From Sedimentisphaerales bacterium (GTDB taxonomy: Bacteria > Planctomycetota > Phycisphaerae > Sedimentisphaerales > Anaerobacaceae), in assembly GCA_963708075.1 (NCBI GenBank), contig OY970194.1, forward strand, positions 7,072,001 through 7,136,000: a stretch of DNA of 64,000 nucleotides, read 5' to 3'. A model generated the notes under the pieces. It did not search any database, had not been told where the DNA came from, and saw nothing but the letters and a program-made list of their open reading frames with translations. The translations under genes and the position numbers were made by a program. Below, one piece after another: positions 35,726 to 45,780 of the stretch. Positions within the stretch are counted from its first letter, which is position 1, and every line of letters begins with the position of its first letter.

Positions 35726-36937
35726 ATGAGTAGACTTCTGTCGTTCCGTCCGATCGTCCTGACGGCGGTGAGCTTATGTCTGACGCTCGGTGCGAGATCA
35801 GCCCTGGGCAACGAAAAGCCGGCCTCCGACGGTCGCATCGACGTGGCCACTATCTACTTCCCCGGTTATCATCGGGACATTCACTACGACGCCTGGTTCG
35901 GCGAGGGCTGGAACGAGTGGACGCTGCTTGCGGAGGCCCCCACGCGTTTCCCCGGCCAGCAATTCTTCAAGCCTCAGTGGGGCCCCTTTGACGAGGCCGA
36001 CCCGAAGTGGATGGAACGCCAGATCGCGCTGGCCGCCGATCACGGCATTACCGTCTTCATCTTCGATTGGTATTGGTATTCCGGCGTGAAGATCCTGCAT
36101 CGGCCGCTCGAAGAGGGCTTCCTGAAAGCCGACAACCGCGAGCGGCTCAAATACGCCCTCATGTGGGCCAATCACAATTGGGGCAACTATTTCCCCGTGC
36201 CGATCGACCGCCCGATGGACCGGCTTCTGCCCATCCGACACTCGGCCGCCGACTTCACGCGAGTGATGGACGAATGCATCAAGCTGCACTTTGGCCGGCC
36301 CAACTACTGGCGTGTGGGTGGCCGTCCCTATTTCTCGATCTTCGATCCGTGGGCCTTCATGCAGCAACTCGGTGGGCCGGAAAAGACGCGAGAGGTCTTG
36401 GACGCCGCACGCAAGCAGGTTGCGTCGGCCGGTCTGGGCCAGGTGCACTTCGCCGCATTCACCGGGGGCGCCGACGGCGTCCCGCAACTGCGCGAGGCAG
36501 GGTTTGACAGCACGACCTGCTACAACGTCACCGCCAGCGGCAAGGCCCGCTTGCCGCAGCAACCCCTGGATGACTATGCCGATCTGATGGCGCGACACGA
36601 GGCGTTCTGGAAGGAGATGGACGCAGGTATCCTGCCGCACGCGCCTACGGTGACGGTCGGCTGGGACCCGTCGCCGCGCTGGGTGAAGGACGCGCCATGG
36701 CCGCTTCCGGCGGACAAGGGCTACCCTTACAGCACGCTGGTAATCAACAACACGCCGGAACGCTTCGGTGAGCTATTCCAGAGGGCACTGAAACACGCCG
36801 AATCCGCCCGTCTGCGCCCGCCGGCCATCGTGATCAACGCATGGAACGAGTGGACCGAGGGCAGCGTGCTGCTGCCGGACGTGAAGTACGAGACGCGATT
36901 TCTGGAGGAGGTCAAGAACTCGCTCAGGCAGAAGTGA
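35726..36937 (+). CDS. GH99-like / WbsX-family glycoside hydrolase
   Basis: YFPGYH, EW, QIALAADHGI..F.FDWYW, LMWANH, GWDPSPR, INAWNEWTEG. Confidence 0.9.
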   Translation: MSRLLSFRPIVLTAVSLCLTLGARSALGNEKPASDGRIDVATIYFPGYHRDIHYDAWFGEGWNEWTLLAEAPTRFPGQQFFKPQWGPFDEADPKWMERQIALAADHGITVFIFDWYWYSGVKILHRPLEEGFLKADNRERLKYALMWANHNWGNYFPVPIDRPMDRLLPIRHSAADFTRVMDECIKLHFGRPNYWRVGGRPYFSIFDPWAFMQQLGGPEKTREVLDAARKQVASAGLGQVHFAAFTGGADGVPQLREAGFDSTTCYNVTASGKARLPQQPLDDYADLMARHEAFWKEMDAGILPHAPTVTVGWDPSPRWVKDAPWPLPADKGYPYSTLVINNTPERFGELFQRALKHAESARLRPPAIVINAWNEWTEGSVLLPDVKYETRFLEEVKNSLRQK

Positions 36938-36955
36938 GGAGTCAACCGAGCGGCC

Positions 36956-38932
36956 ATGAAGCACCACAAAACCACACGAATCATAGTTCCGCTGGTTCTC
37001 TTCTGTGCCGGCACCGTGAGCTGGGCTGCAGGGGAAGTCTCTGAGCCCATGCAACTCCGCCTGCCCGCCGAGGCGCCTGCCTCGGTGCGCGAGGTTCAGG
37101 ATCGCATCTACCGCGCTACGCAAAAGCAGGCGTGTTATCTGCTCGACGCCGTGCACCCGTGGAAAGATGATGCCGCGCTTCGCCTGCTGACGGACAGCAA
37201 AAGCGGCGAGCATTGGATTCGGCCCAACACCGGCGTGATTGAGGGCTTCGCCTTCCTGCATCGCTTCGGTCGGTACGACGAAAAGGTCGTGGGCGTCTCC
37301 CGGCCCGAACTCCTGGACGGCACAATTGTGCCAATGATACGCTACCTCGTCGCCACGCACGTCACCGGTTCGCGTCCGACAAGCGACGGCAAGAAGTGGG
37401 GCGATGCATGGCAGTCGGCACATTGGACGCAGATGCTGGGGCGAGGCGCATGGTTTGTATGGCCCCAGTTGCCTGTGGATCTGCGCGAGGGCGTCCGGCG
37501 AGTGGCGGCCCACGAGGCCGACCGCATCGCGCGCTCCGAGCCACCGCACCAGTTGCGCTCCGACACCAAGGCCGAGGAGAACGCCTGGAATAGCCAGGTG
37601 CTCTCTGTGGCGATACTCCTGCTGCCCGACGATCCTCGCTGCGCCGGCTGGGAAAAGGCGTACCAGAGATGGGTAATGTCGTCCTTCCTCCGCCCCGCGG
37701 ACAAACGCAATGAAGCCGTGGTAGACGGCCGGCCGGTGCGCGAGCAGTTCACCGGCGCGAACATTTTTGATGATTTTACGCTGGAGAACCACAACTTCGT
37801 CCACCCCGACTACATGACGACTTTCAGCTTGTCGCTGGGCTGTGCGCCGGATTTCGCGATGACCGGCCGCCGGATCCCCGAGGCGCTGCTGTTCAACGTG
37901 GCGCCCATCTACGAGAATTTGAAATGGATGCTCTTGCCCGACGGCGGTTTCGTGTATCCGAACGGGCAGGACTGGGAGCTGTTCCGCAATCCCTCCTGGC
38001 TTGGCAAGCACGTGCTGATGGCGGTGTGGGCGCTCGACCCGGATGCCTGGATGTGGGTGCTTCACACGCTGGACACGTTGGAAAAAATGCAGGCGCGCTC
38101 GACCGACGGAGCGGTCTTCCATCCAGGCGAGTATTTCTTTGCCTCGACCCAGTCGGACCTGCTCCGCTCGCTGGCCAACGCCTGGCTGTCGCTGCAACTG
38201 GCGGGAGAGGTCCCCAACGCGCCGCGCGAACGCATTGGGGTGCGTCGCTGGGACTCGGCCCAGGTGATTTTGCATCGCACACCCGACGCGATTCACACGG
38301 TGAGTTGGGGCGCCAAGGTCATGGCTCAGTGCGTGCCCAGCCGCCTGGATCGCGTGGTCTCGCCACACGAGCGCAACGGCATTGGCCACGTGCGCCTGGC
38401 TGGGGCGCGCGACGCTCTTGCCTTGCGAGTGCAGAACGCTGAGATCCGCGAAACGCCGGACGGATTCGATGCCTCCCTGACGGTGGACCATGGAAACGAG
38501 ATCCGGGCCCAGCTCCGCTTCCGCTCGGAACCCGACGGCTCGTTCTTGATGGCGGAGAAGCTCATCGCTCTTACGAACGTCTCTACCGCCGAAATTGCCA
38601 CCGGCCTCGTCGGCATCCTCAACAATCCGCATTGGATTTATGAGCACGCCCGCCGTCGCGTGACGGCCGATGACCAACTCATAGAAGTCGCATCATGCAG
38701 TAGGCAGCAGTGGCACTGGGAGGCCACCCGACGAATTGTCGTGGACGACGTGATCGTGGTTCAGTCCGATCGGCCGCTGCGGGCTTCCTATCTGGCGGCA
38801 GACCGCGCCGAGCGCGGACGGGTAACAGACCAATTGATCCTGAATCATCTGCCCGGCAACCGGAGTTGGACTACAGGCGAAACCCTCTCCGACTACCAGG
38901 TCGTCGTGCGCTGCGTGAAATCCAGACAGTGA
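36956..38932 (+). CDS. Secreted hypothetical protein, likely alpha/alpha-barrel carbohydrate-active enzyme
   Basis: Signal peptide; WQSAHW, DTKAEENAWN, ENHNFVHPDY, YPNGQDW; position in a glycan operon. Confidence 0.7.
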   Translation: MKHHKTTRIIVPLVLFCAGTVSWAAGEVSEPMQLRLPAEAPASVREVQDRIYRATQKQACYLLDAVHPWKDDAALRLLTDSKSGEHWIRPNTGVIEGFAFLHRFGRYDEKVVGVSRPELLDGTIVPMIRYLVATHVTGSRPTSDGKKWGDAWQSAHWTQMLGRGAWFVWPQLPVDLREGVRRVAAHEADRIARSEPPHQLRSDTKAEENAWNSQVLSVAILLLPDDPRCAGWEKAYQRWVMSSFLRPADKRNEAVVDGRPVREQFTGANIFDDFTLENHNFVHPDYMTTFSLSLGCAPDFAMTGRRIPEALLFNVAPIYENLKWMLLPDGGFVYPNGQDWELFRNPSWLGKHVLMAVWALDPDAWMWVLHTLDTLEKMQARSTDGAVFHPGEYFFASTQSDLLRSLANAWLSLQLAGEVPNAPRERIGVRRWDSAQVILHRTPDAIHTVSWGAKVMAQCVPSRLDRVVSPHERNGIGHVRLAGARDALALRVQNAEIRETPDGFDASLTVDHGNEIRAQLRFRSEPDGSFLMAEKLIALTNVSTAEIATGLVGILNNPHWIYEHARRRVTADDQLIEVASCSRQQWHWEATRRIVVDDVIVVQSDRPLRASYLAADRAERGRVTDQLILNHLPGNRSWTTGETLSDYQVVVRCVKSRQ

Positions 38933-38952
38933 AAACGATAGAGGAATCGAGT

Positions 38953-41496
38953 ATGGGCAGACAGGTGTTCCGTCCGGTCATCCTGGCGATGGTGAGCCTG
39001 TGTTTGGCGCTCTCTGTGAACTCGGCCCGAGGCGCTGTGCCGCCGCCTCCGCGGGACATTCAGGAGGTGCGGGCCGTGCTGGCCCAGGCGCCGCCGCCAC
39101 CGGCTGGCGAGCTGCGTCCGTTGAAGATTGTGCTGGCTGCAAACCGCAAAGATCACGGCCCGCACGAGCACGATTACCCGCGATGGATGGAGCGATGGAA
39201 AGTGCTCCTGGGCGGCAAGGAAGCAGGCACGGGACCGGTGAATCTGTATGGTCCGGCGGCCGATCTTTCGCAGGGCCCCCCGGCGGGCGCCGTGAATGTG
39301 AAGGTCGAGACCGCCAAGGACTGGCCGAGCGCAGAGCAATTCGCTCAAGCCGATCTCGTCGTTGTCTTCATAGGGACGGGTGGCTTTTGGAACGAGGCCA
39401 GATTGCGCGACGTGAAGGCCCTCCTGGATCGTGGCGGCGGATTCGTCGCCGTGCACTCGGCCATAATTGCCGAGCAGCCAACGGCCCGGCCGCTTGCCGA
39501 GTCGATTGGACTGGCCTGGGAGAGCGGCTATACTCTGTTCCGGCACGGGTCTATCGACCTGAAGGTCATTGCCCCCGAGCACCCGATCTGCAAGGGCCTG
39601 CCGCAGCAAATCCATTTTGAAGATGAGACGTACTGGCCGCTGGTGGGCGATGCCTCACGGATCGACCTACTGGCCACGGCCGACGAAAAGGCCAAGGACT
39701 CCGACCAGATGCGTCCCGAGCCAATGTTCTGGACCCTCACGGTCGGCAAGGGCCGAGTCTACAGTTGCGTCCTGGGGCACTACACCTGGACCTTTGACGA
39801 TCCCTATTTCCGCATCCTGCTCTTGCGCGGGATGGCCTGGGCGGCGGGCGAGTCCCCGTATCGCTTCGATCCGCTGGTGCTGTGCGGCGCCCGCACCTCG
39901 GAGCAGAAGCGCGCCGCCGCAGTGACGCTCCCCGACGCTGCGCCGGTCGCGCCGAATGCGAAGGACCCGAACCTGCTGTTGTGGCTGGATGCTTCGGACC
40001 GGGCGACGCTGACGGTCAACGATGACGGGCGCATCTCGGCGTGGTCGAATGTAGGGGCGAATAATCATTCGCCCTCACTGACCAGTTCCGCCGCGCAGCA
40101 GCCGCTTTATGTGGCCAAGGCGCTGGGCGGCAAAGCGGCCGCGCGATTCGATGGTGTTGACGATGTGCTCCGCGACACGACCTTTGGGCAATCGGCTCAG
40201 GCGTGGACGGTCGTGCTTGTTGTCACGCCGCGCTCGAACGCGGGGAACGGGCAGTTCCATGGGCTCCTGGCGACAAATCGGCCGGGGCAGAACGATTATG
40301 TGACTGGCCTGAACATCGACCTCGGTCCCGGCGAGACGCCGCAGTTTAGCGTACTCAACCTCGAAGGGCTCAAGGACTTGCCTGGCGCCACGAATCTCCG
40401 CACGGAGACGGCCCCGTTCGGCGAGGGCCAGATCATTATCTTGGGCACGGGCAATGGCCGCTCGCGGCTATGGATCAACGGAATTGAGGAAGAGGGCCGG
40501 GTGGCTAATGACGCTGTCACCGCGATGGACGAGCTTCGCCTCGGCGGGCGCTTCTACATGAATCAGGAACGCGGCTTCTTCCATGGTGACGTCTCGGAGG
40601 TCATGATCTACCAAACGTCGCTGACCGACCTCCAGCGTGCCGGCCTCTACGCATACCTGCTCCAGAAGTATGGCCCGGACATCAAGCCGCCGGCCGCTTA
40701 TACACTGGACGCCTGGGATTACCTGCCGGCTTATGATTGGGGCTCGACTCGTCGGCCCCTGGAGTCCATCGACGAGGCCGTTCGTTCTTCGCACAAAGAC
40801 GCGCGGGCCCGTACGACTCTCGAATCGCGGCTGATCGAAGTGCTGGCTGATCCATCTTCCACGCAGGCGGCCAAGGACTTTGTCTGCCGCCGTCTGGCGA
40901 TCATCGGCTCTGCGGCAAGCGTACCCGCTTTGGCCGAGCTTCTAAACGACGAGGCGCTCTCGAATATGGCCTGCTTCGCCCTGGAACGCATTCCCGATTC
41001 CGCGGTGGACGAGGCTCTGTGTCGGGCTCTGGACCGTGTGCCGGGCAAACTCCGAATCGGTGTGATCCATACGCTGGGCAATCGAAGCAGCCGGCTTGCA
41101 GTTGACCGTCTGGGCCGCCTGTTGGGTGATCAGGACGCAGCCACCCGCCAGGCGGCAGCCGGCGCCTTGGGCAAGATCAGCGATCCGGTAGCTATCGAGG
41201 CATTGACTGCGGCTTTGGACGCAGCGCCGACGGCTGGTCATCACTCCGCAGAGACGCAAAATCCGGCGTCTTTACAACTCGACGCTGCCACCCGGGCGGT
41301 TGTCGCGGATAGCTGTTTGAAATGTGCCGAGCAGTTGCATGCGGCGGGCAGGCGGGCCGAAGCCCTCACCATCTATGAAAAGCTCTGCAAGCAGGACGTG
41401 CCCCAGACCGTGCGGATCGCGGCCCTCCGAGGGGCAATTCTGCTGCGCGGGGCCGGTCGCGACGTCCCTGCTTCTCGAACAACGCACCAGCCATAA
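38953..41496 (+). CDS. ThuA-like + LamG-like + HEAT-repeat multidomain secreted protein
   Basis: KDHGPHEHDY, GGGFVAVH, DETYW, GRVYSCVLGH (ThuA); LWLDASD, RFDGVDD, FHGDVSEVMIY (LamG); HEAT repeats; C-terminus looks frameshifted or truncated. Confidence 0.85.
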   Translation: MGRQVFRPVILAMVSLCLALSVNSARGAVPPPPRDIQEVRAVLAQAPPPPAGELRPLKIVLAANRKDHGPHEHDYPRWMERWKVLLGGKEAGTGPVNLYGPAADLSQGPPAGAVNVKVETAKDWPSAEQFAQADLVVVFIGTGGFWNEARLRDVKALLDRGGGFVAVHSAIIAEQPTARPLAESIGLAWESGYTLFRHGSIDLKVIAPEHPICKGLPQQIHFEDETYWPLVGDASRIDLLATADEKAKDSDQMRPEPMFWTLTVGKGRVYSCVLGHYTWTFDDPYFRILLLRGMAWAAGESPYRFDPLVLCGARTSEQKRAAAVTLPDAAPVAPNAKDPNLLLWLDASDRATLTVNDDGRISAWSNVGANNHSPSLTSSAAQQPLYVAKALGGKAAARFDGVDDVLRDTTFGQSAQAWTVVLVVTPRSNAGNGQFHGLLATNRPGQNDYVTGLNIDLGPGETPQFSVLNLEGLKDLPGATNLRTETAPFGEGQIIILGTGNGRSRLWINGIEEEGRVANDAVTAMDELRLGGRFYMNQERGFFHGDVSEVMIYQTSLTDLQRAGLYAYLLQKYGPDIKPPAAYTLDAWDYLPAYDWGSTRRPLESIDEAVRSSHKDARARTTLESRLIEVLADPSSTQAAKDFVCRRLAIIGSAASVPALAELLNDEALSNMACFALERIPDSAVDEALCRALDRVPGKLRIGVIHTLGNRSSRLAVDRLGRLLGDQDAATRQAAAGALGKISDPVAIEALTAALDAAPTAGHHSAETQNPASLQLDAATRAVVADSCLKCAEQLHAAGRRAEALTIYEKLCKQDVPQTVRIAALRGAILLRGAGRDVPASRTTHQP
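40051..40078 (+). repeat. GTAG-type REP-like palindrome inside the coding sequence
   Basis: GTAGGGGCGAAT-aatc-ATTCGCCCtcac, translated as VGANNHSPS. Confidence 0.75.
41248..41275 (+). repeat. Degenerate GTAG-type REP-like palindrome inside the coding sequence
   Basis: gcagAGACGCaaaatccgGCGTCTttac, translated as AETQNPASL. Confidence 0.65.
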
Positions 41497-41552
41497 TTCG
41501 CGTCGGCAGGTGACGAGGTTTGCCTTGCCGATTAACACATTGGGAGTTGAGC

Positions 41553-42875
41553 ATGCCACACGAATACAAAACGAATCGGCGGCAGTTTGTCAAATGGGCC
41601 TGCGGAGCCGGGGCGGCTGTGACGCTTCCCTGCTGGGTGCCCGCGTGCGCCCTGGGGCTTGGCGCAAGCACCGCGCCCAGCAATCGCATCCGTATGGCGG
41701 CGATTGGACTGGGCTTCGGCTGGCAGATGTTCCTGCGCGATGACGTGCAGTACGTGGCCGTCTGCGACGTGCAGCAGCAGCGGCGCGAGGCGGCGAAGGC
41801 GTATGTAGAGGCTAAACAGGGCAGTGGGACTTGCACCGCGTACAATGACTTCCGCGAGGTCCTGGCCCGTGACGACGTGGACGCAGTCTACATCGCCACG
41901 CCCGACCACTGGCATGCGCTGGTCACAATTGCTGCCGCCCGGGCCGGCAAGCACGTCTATTGCCAGAAGCCGCTCACCCGGACCATCGCGGAAGGCCGGG
42001 CGGTGGTCGATGCCGTTCATCGCCACGGGATCGTCTTCCAGCATGGCACGCAGCAACGGTACGATGCTCGTATGCTCTTCGGCTGCGAGTTGGTGCTCAA
42101 CGGGTACATCGGCCAACTCAAGCATGTGCGGATCGGCAGTCCGGCCGGGATAACTTGCCCGCCGCAACCGCCGCAGCCCGTCCCCGCCGGACTGGACTGG
42201 GAGATGTGGCTGGGGCCTGCTCCCTGGGCCCCGTTCACGCCGCTGCGGATTCAGTCGCATCCCTGGTATCACATCTCCGATTACAGCATGGGCTACATCG
42301 CCGGCTGGGGTGTGCACCATGCTGATAGCGCAATGCAGGGCTCCGGACTGGATGAGTATGCGGGGCCGGTCGAGATCGAGGCCCGCGGCATCTTCCCCCC
42401 CGAGGGCCTGTTCGACAATCCGTACCGCTGGCAGATGCACTATACCTTCCCCGGCGGCCTGAAGTGGCACTGGACGGATTGCTTCGGTGACGGTTTTGGC
42501 TCCCGGTCGGGCCCCGATTGGCCGCAACATCGCATGGGTATCACATTCGAAGGTACCGATGGCTGGGTGTTCATCTGGCGCGACAAGGTGGATGCCTATC
42601 CCAAGAAGCTTCTTCGCGTTCGGATCGGCCCCAACGACAAAGTCCGTCTACAGGAGAACCTGCCGGGTGACTTCGTCGATTGCGTCCGGCGAGGAAGGCG
42701 GACCTGTGCCCCGGTCGAAATCGCCCATCGCTCGACGACCCTCTGTTCCATTGGCGCCATCGGCATGTTGCTGGGTCGCAAGCTGACCTGGGACCCGAGC
42801 CGCGAAGAGTTCGTCGGTGACGAGCAGGCCAACCGCCTTCGCGCCCGGCACATGCGCGGGCCCTGGGAGGTTTGA
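41553..42875 (+). CDS. Tat-exported Gfo/Idh/MocA oxidoreductase
   Basis: TNRRQFVK Tat motif; IATPDHWH, YCQKP, QHGTQQR, WLGPAP, WGVHHAD. Confidence 0.93.
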   Translation: MPHEYKTNRRQFVKWACGAGAAVTLPCWVPACALGLGASTAPSNRIRMAAIGLGFGWQMFLRDDVQYVAVCDVQQQRREAAKAYVEAKQGSGTCTAYNDFREVLARDDVDAVYIATPDHWHALVTIAAARAGKHVYCQKPLTRTIAEGRAVVDAVHRHGIVFQHGTQQRYDARMLFGCELVLNGYIGQLKHVRIGSPAGITCPPQPPQPVPAGLDWEMWLGPAPWAPFTPLRIQSHPWYHISDYSMGYIAGWGVHHADSAMQGSGLDEYAGPVEIEARGIFPPEGLFDNPYRWQMHYTFPGGLKWHWTDCFGDGFGSRSGPDWPQHRMGITFEGTDGWVFIWRDKVDAYPKKLLRVRIGPNDKVRLQENLPGDFVDCVRRGRRTCAPVEIAHRSTTLCSIGAIGMLLGRKLTWDPSREEFVGDEQANRLRARHMRGPWEV

Positions 42876-42965
42876 GGTCCACAGGACCATTTTCACAGTG
42901 ACTTGGCCGGAGGCTGTCGCCACTGCGAAGAGCAGGCTGGCAGTATTGGGCCTGAACGCCGGCCG

Positions 42966-45254
42966 TCATGGCAGCAGAGGTGCTGTTCCGGTGCCGCCGA
43001 GGGTAAGCTCTGCAACCGGCTCGTCGGGATCATTGCTGCCGATGGCCAGCTTCGCATATTCATAGCTTTGGGATGCGGCAGGCGTAAGACGCACAAGGAT
43101 TGTTCTGCCGGTCAAAGGAGAAACGGTGAAGGGAAGCGCCGGCGGTGACACGAGGCTATAGCCGGTCTTGTTCAGACCCACCAACTCAAGCGAGTGCACT
43201 TGCAGATCGGCAGTGCCGGTATTGTGGATGTCAAAGGCAAGGTCAGCATGAGAGCCGACGGCTGTCGGAGCAAACGCCAGGGCATCCGGGGCCAACTCAA
43301 TGTCGGGCTCCTGGGCAACGAACATGGCGGCGGGCAGCTCGAGCACCTGCCATTCGATGTGACTCTGCTGGCCGGGGAACTGGCGCTCAATGCGGAGGTT
43401 GTCGTCAGCCGTGAATTCCGCTGTCGAGAACGGCCGCGGGTAGAGGTCTCCGGTCCCGTTGCAGGTCTGGCCGTGGAAGAACATGGCTCTGCCGGTATCG
43501 ACAGGCTGTGCCAGGCGGCAGTCCGCGGACATCCAGCCGGCATCGTCGGAGAAATCGAGGCGGCCGTGCTGGGCCAACGCGGACGGACCAAAATCGACCA
43601 CGTGATACTCAATGTATCGCGTCCCGGTGGTCCCCGTGTACTGATAGAATTGGACGGTGTCCTTTGAGGCCAGGCGTCCGGCAACCGCCGAATAGGCCAG
43701 GCCGTTGACCGTCGACCGAGTCTGGTAGAGGAGAATGGAGGAATTGGGATTGACCGGCAGAATCTTGGCCGAGGCGGGCGCTGTCGCGGAGGCGCCGGTG
43801 AAATGCACGTTACCATGCTGGACGCCGGCAATTGCCGCCGGATCGAACTCGACGACGACCCAATTGTAATTGACCACGGAGTGTCCCGCGGCGGCCCTTT
43901 CTATGTGCACGGTTGTGGCCGAATTGACATAGGCGGTCAGGAGGGCCTCGTGGTAGTAGGTTCGAGCGGTGGAAGACGTGTCGGCGGTCACGAAGGCGAT
44001 GCATCGCGAAGGATCCACTCTGACCTCGGAGGCGGCGGCAGCGAGGACACGCCCTCCCGTTTGTGCTTGCGAGCCGCTCAGGGCGGCATCGACGGAACTC
44101 TGCTCATTGCCGAGCGATCCGCTGCCCCGATAAATCTGGAATTCCCGGCCGAGACACTCAATGACCTCCCAACTGACCCAGGTGGAATTCGCGGGCGAGG
44201 TTCGTTCGATTCTTATGGTGTCGGTATCCAGCAGGCGACCCCTGGCCATGACGACATTGGCATTCTCCTCTCCCGGCTGCCAACCGGTGCCGTAGCTGAA
44301 CAAGGCGAAGGCCCGGCCAGTATCGTTGACAGGCAGGACATCCACGTCGAAACGCGAGCCCTGAACTCTCGTTCGGCCGGATTGTACGCGATAGCCGGTA
44401 TGGTAGCCGGTCGGGCCATTCGTGGAGAAATCCACCGTGCCGTCGGTCCACTGGCCGCCGGCGGAGTTCCGGGCATAGAGTCGATAATAGTACTTCGTGG
44501 CGGCGTCCAGGTCCGTGAGGTCCAGGTAGAGGACCCCGGCCGCCTGCGGTCCAAGCTCTGTGAGATAGTCCCATCTCCTTGGGTCCGTACCGCCGTCATT
44601 CTCGCCCCAGTAGATGTGGACATTAGGGTCCTCGCCCCCTGTGTCAAGGATCTCGCCGCGGAGCCGGGCGGAGTTGCCTGTGACATACATTGCCGGCTTG
44701 TTGGTGATTTGGGGCCGCACTGTGGGTGTGAACGTGTAGTCGAGCGTGACGTTCAGGAATCCGCCCTGTGATGGGTAGAATTGTGACCTTGGATTGCCGT
44801 CTTTCACGAAGACGAATGTCGCCCGGTTGAACTGATTCTTCGTAGCGTTGTGATTCGTCAATTCGAACCGTATGTAATATGTGCCATCCGGCACTTGGAC
44901 GCCGCTACGGTCAGTCAGGTCCCATGTGATGGTGTGCTGTTGGTATGCCTTTGGCGTGGCGCCGGTGAAGCCGTCGAGGTTCGTTCCGTCGGCAGCGTTC
45001 CACTGCGTCAGATGACGATGCTCGATGACTCCCCATCGTCCGATCGTTTTGACGAAAGCGCCGGCGGCATTCTCGACCCAGACGGCCTGCACGTGCTGTG
45101 GTTCGAAGTTGAGCTCGCCTTTGGGCGAGGTCGTAGTGAACGTCACCACCAGTTTCCAGCCCGCGTAGAGGGGGGCCGCGCCGAGGCTGTGCCAGCCGAG
45201 CCACAGGATCGCTGCCCAGGCGAAGATGCTCTTCAGGGAATCACGTCGTCTCAC
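42966..45254 (-). CDS. Secreted DUF2271-domain protein with FN3-like domain, four ~90-aa beta repeats and a C-terminal ASH/choice-of-anchor-D-like Ig domain
   Basis: RRRDSLK leader; AVWVENAAGAFVKTI...DGFTGAT...WDLTD.SG..VPDGTY.I.FE (DUF2271 pattern); L.DL...TKYYYRLYARN; I.NTG.A.L.V...L.I.SNDPDEP. Confidence 0.8.
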   Translation of the reverse strand: MRRRDSLKSIFAWAAILWLGWHSLGAAPLYAGWKLVVTFTTTSPKGELNFEPQHVQAVWVENAAGAFVKTIGRWGVIEHRHLTQWNAADGTNLDGFTGATPKAYQQHTITWDLTDRSGVQVPDGTYYIRFELTNHNATKNQFNRATFVFVKDGNPRSQFYPSQGGFLNVTLDYTFTPTVRPQITNKPAMYVTGNSARLRGEILDTGGEDPNVHIYWGENDGGTDPRRWDYLTELGPQAAGVLYLDLTDLDAATKYYYRLYARNSAGGQWTDGTVDFSTNGPTGYHTGYRVQSGRTRVQGSRFDVDVLPVNDTGRAFALFSYGTGWQPGEENANVVMARGRLLDTDTIRIERTSPANSTWVSWEVIECLGREFQIYRGSGSLGNEQSSVDAALSGSQAQTGGRVLAAAASEVRVDPSRCIAFVTADTSSTARTYYHEALLTAYVNSATTVHIERAAAGHSVVNYNWVVVEFDPAAIAGVQHGNVHFTGASATAPASAKILPVNPNSSILLYQTRSTVNGLAYSAVAGRLASKDTVQFYQYTGTTGTRYIEYHVVDFGPSALAQHGRLDFSDDAGWMSADCRLAQPVDTGRAMFFHGQTCNGTGDLYPRPFSTAEFTADDNLRIERQFPGQQSHIEWQVLELPAAMFVAQEPDIELAPDALAFAPTAVGSHADLAFDIHNTGTADLQVHSLELVGLNKTGYSLVSPPALPFTVSPLTGRTILVRLTPAASQSYEYAKLAIGSNDPDEPVAELTLGGTGTAPLLP

Positions 45255-45780
45255 GGTTCAACTCCAGTTGTCTGTCATAAGAGGAGAAATCCTGAGGTGT
45301 CGCGCCATCGGCGGCCCTGTGCATCAGTTGGTCAGCCATCGCGCACGCAGTCCGGGTCACCTGTCCGAGAACAGCGCCAACTGCGGGCGAAAGCTGCATG
45401 CCATAGTCGATGACGGCCGGCTCGACGCCGAGTATCAGTACCCGTGGTCTCGATTTCGTAGGCAGCAACCGCAGGGCTGCTGCGATCCCCAGTTCGTGCA
45501 GCGAGACATGCTTAGGGACTTCGGCGTCGTTGACGTCGAAGCAATAGATCGACCCGGGCGAGCCGCCGGCAGCTACCGCGTCGATGGCCACGACCACGTC
45601 GACACTCTCGAACAACTCCAGCGCGTCGAGCAGGGCGGTGCCGACCTCCGCGAGGACGATGCCTTCGGGAGCCTGCCCGCTCAGCATCCGGATCGCGTGT
45701 ACGCCGACGCCGTCATCCATGAGCAGGACGTTCCCCAATCCCACGATTGCCGCACGAGCACGTTCCTGCCGCCGAACCAT
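45241..45780 (-). CDS. Hydrogenase maturation protease (HybD/HyaD family)
   Basis: IVGLGNVLLMDDGVGVH, IDAV, SLHELG, LGVEP; TGATG coupling to the large subunit. Confidence 0.95.
   Translation of the reverse strand: MVRRQERARAAIVGLGNVLLMDDGVGVHAIRMLSGQAPEGIVLAEVGTALLDALELFESVDVVVAIDAVAAGGSPGSIYCFDVNDAEVPKHVSLHELGIAAALRLLPTKSRPRVLILGVEPAVIDYGMQLSPAVGAVLGQVTRTACAMADQLMHRAADGATPQDFSSYDRQLELNRETT

Noticed and set aside
36773..38677. Long antisense ORFs (634 aa here; also 17332-19113, 55882-57486, 3357-4622)
   Set aside because: Shadows of real high-GC genes on the opposite strand, with no motifs
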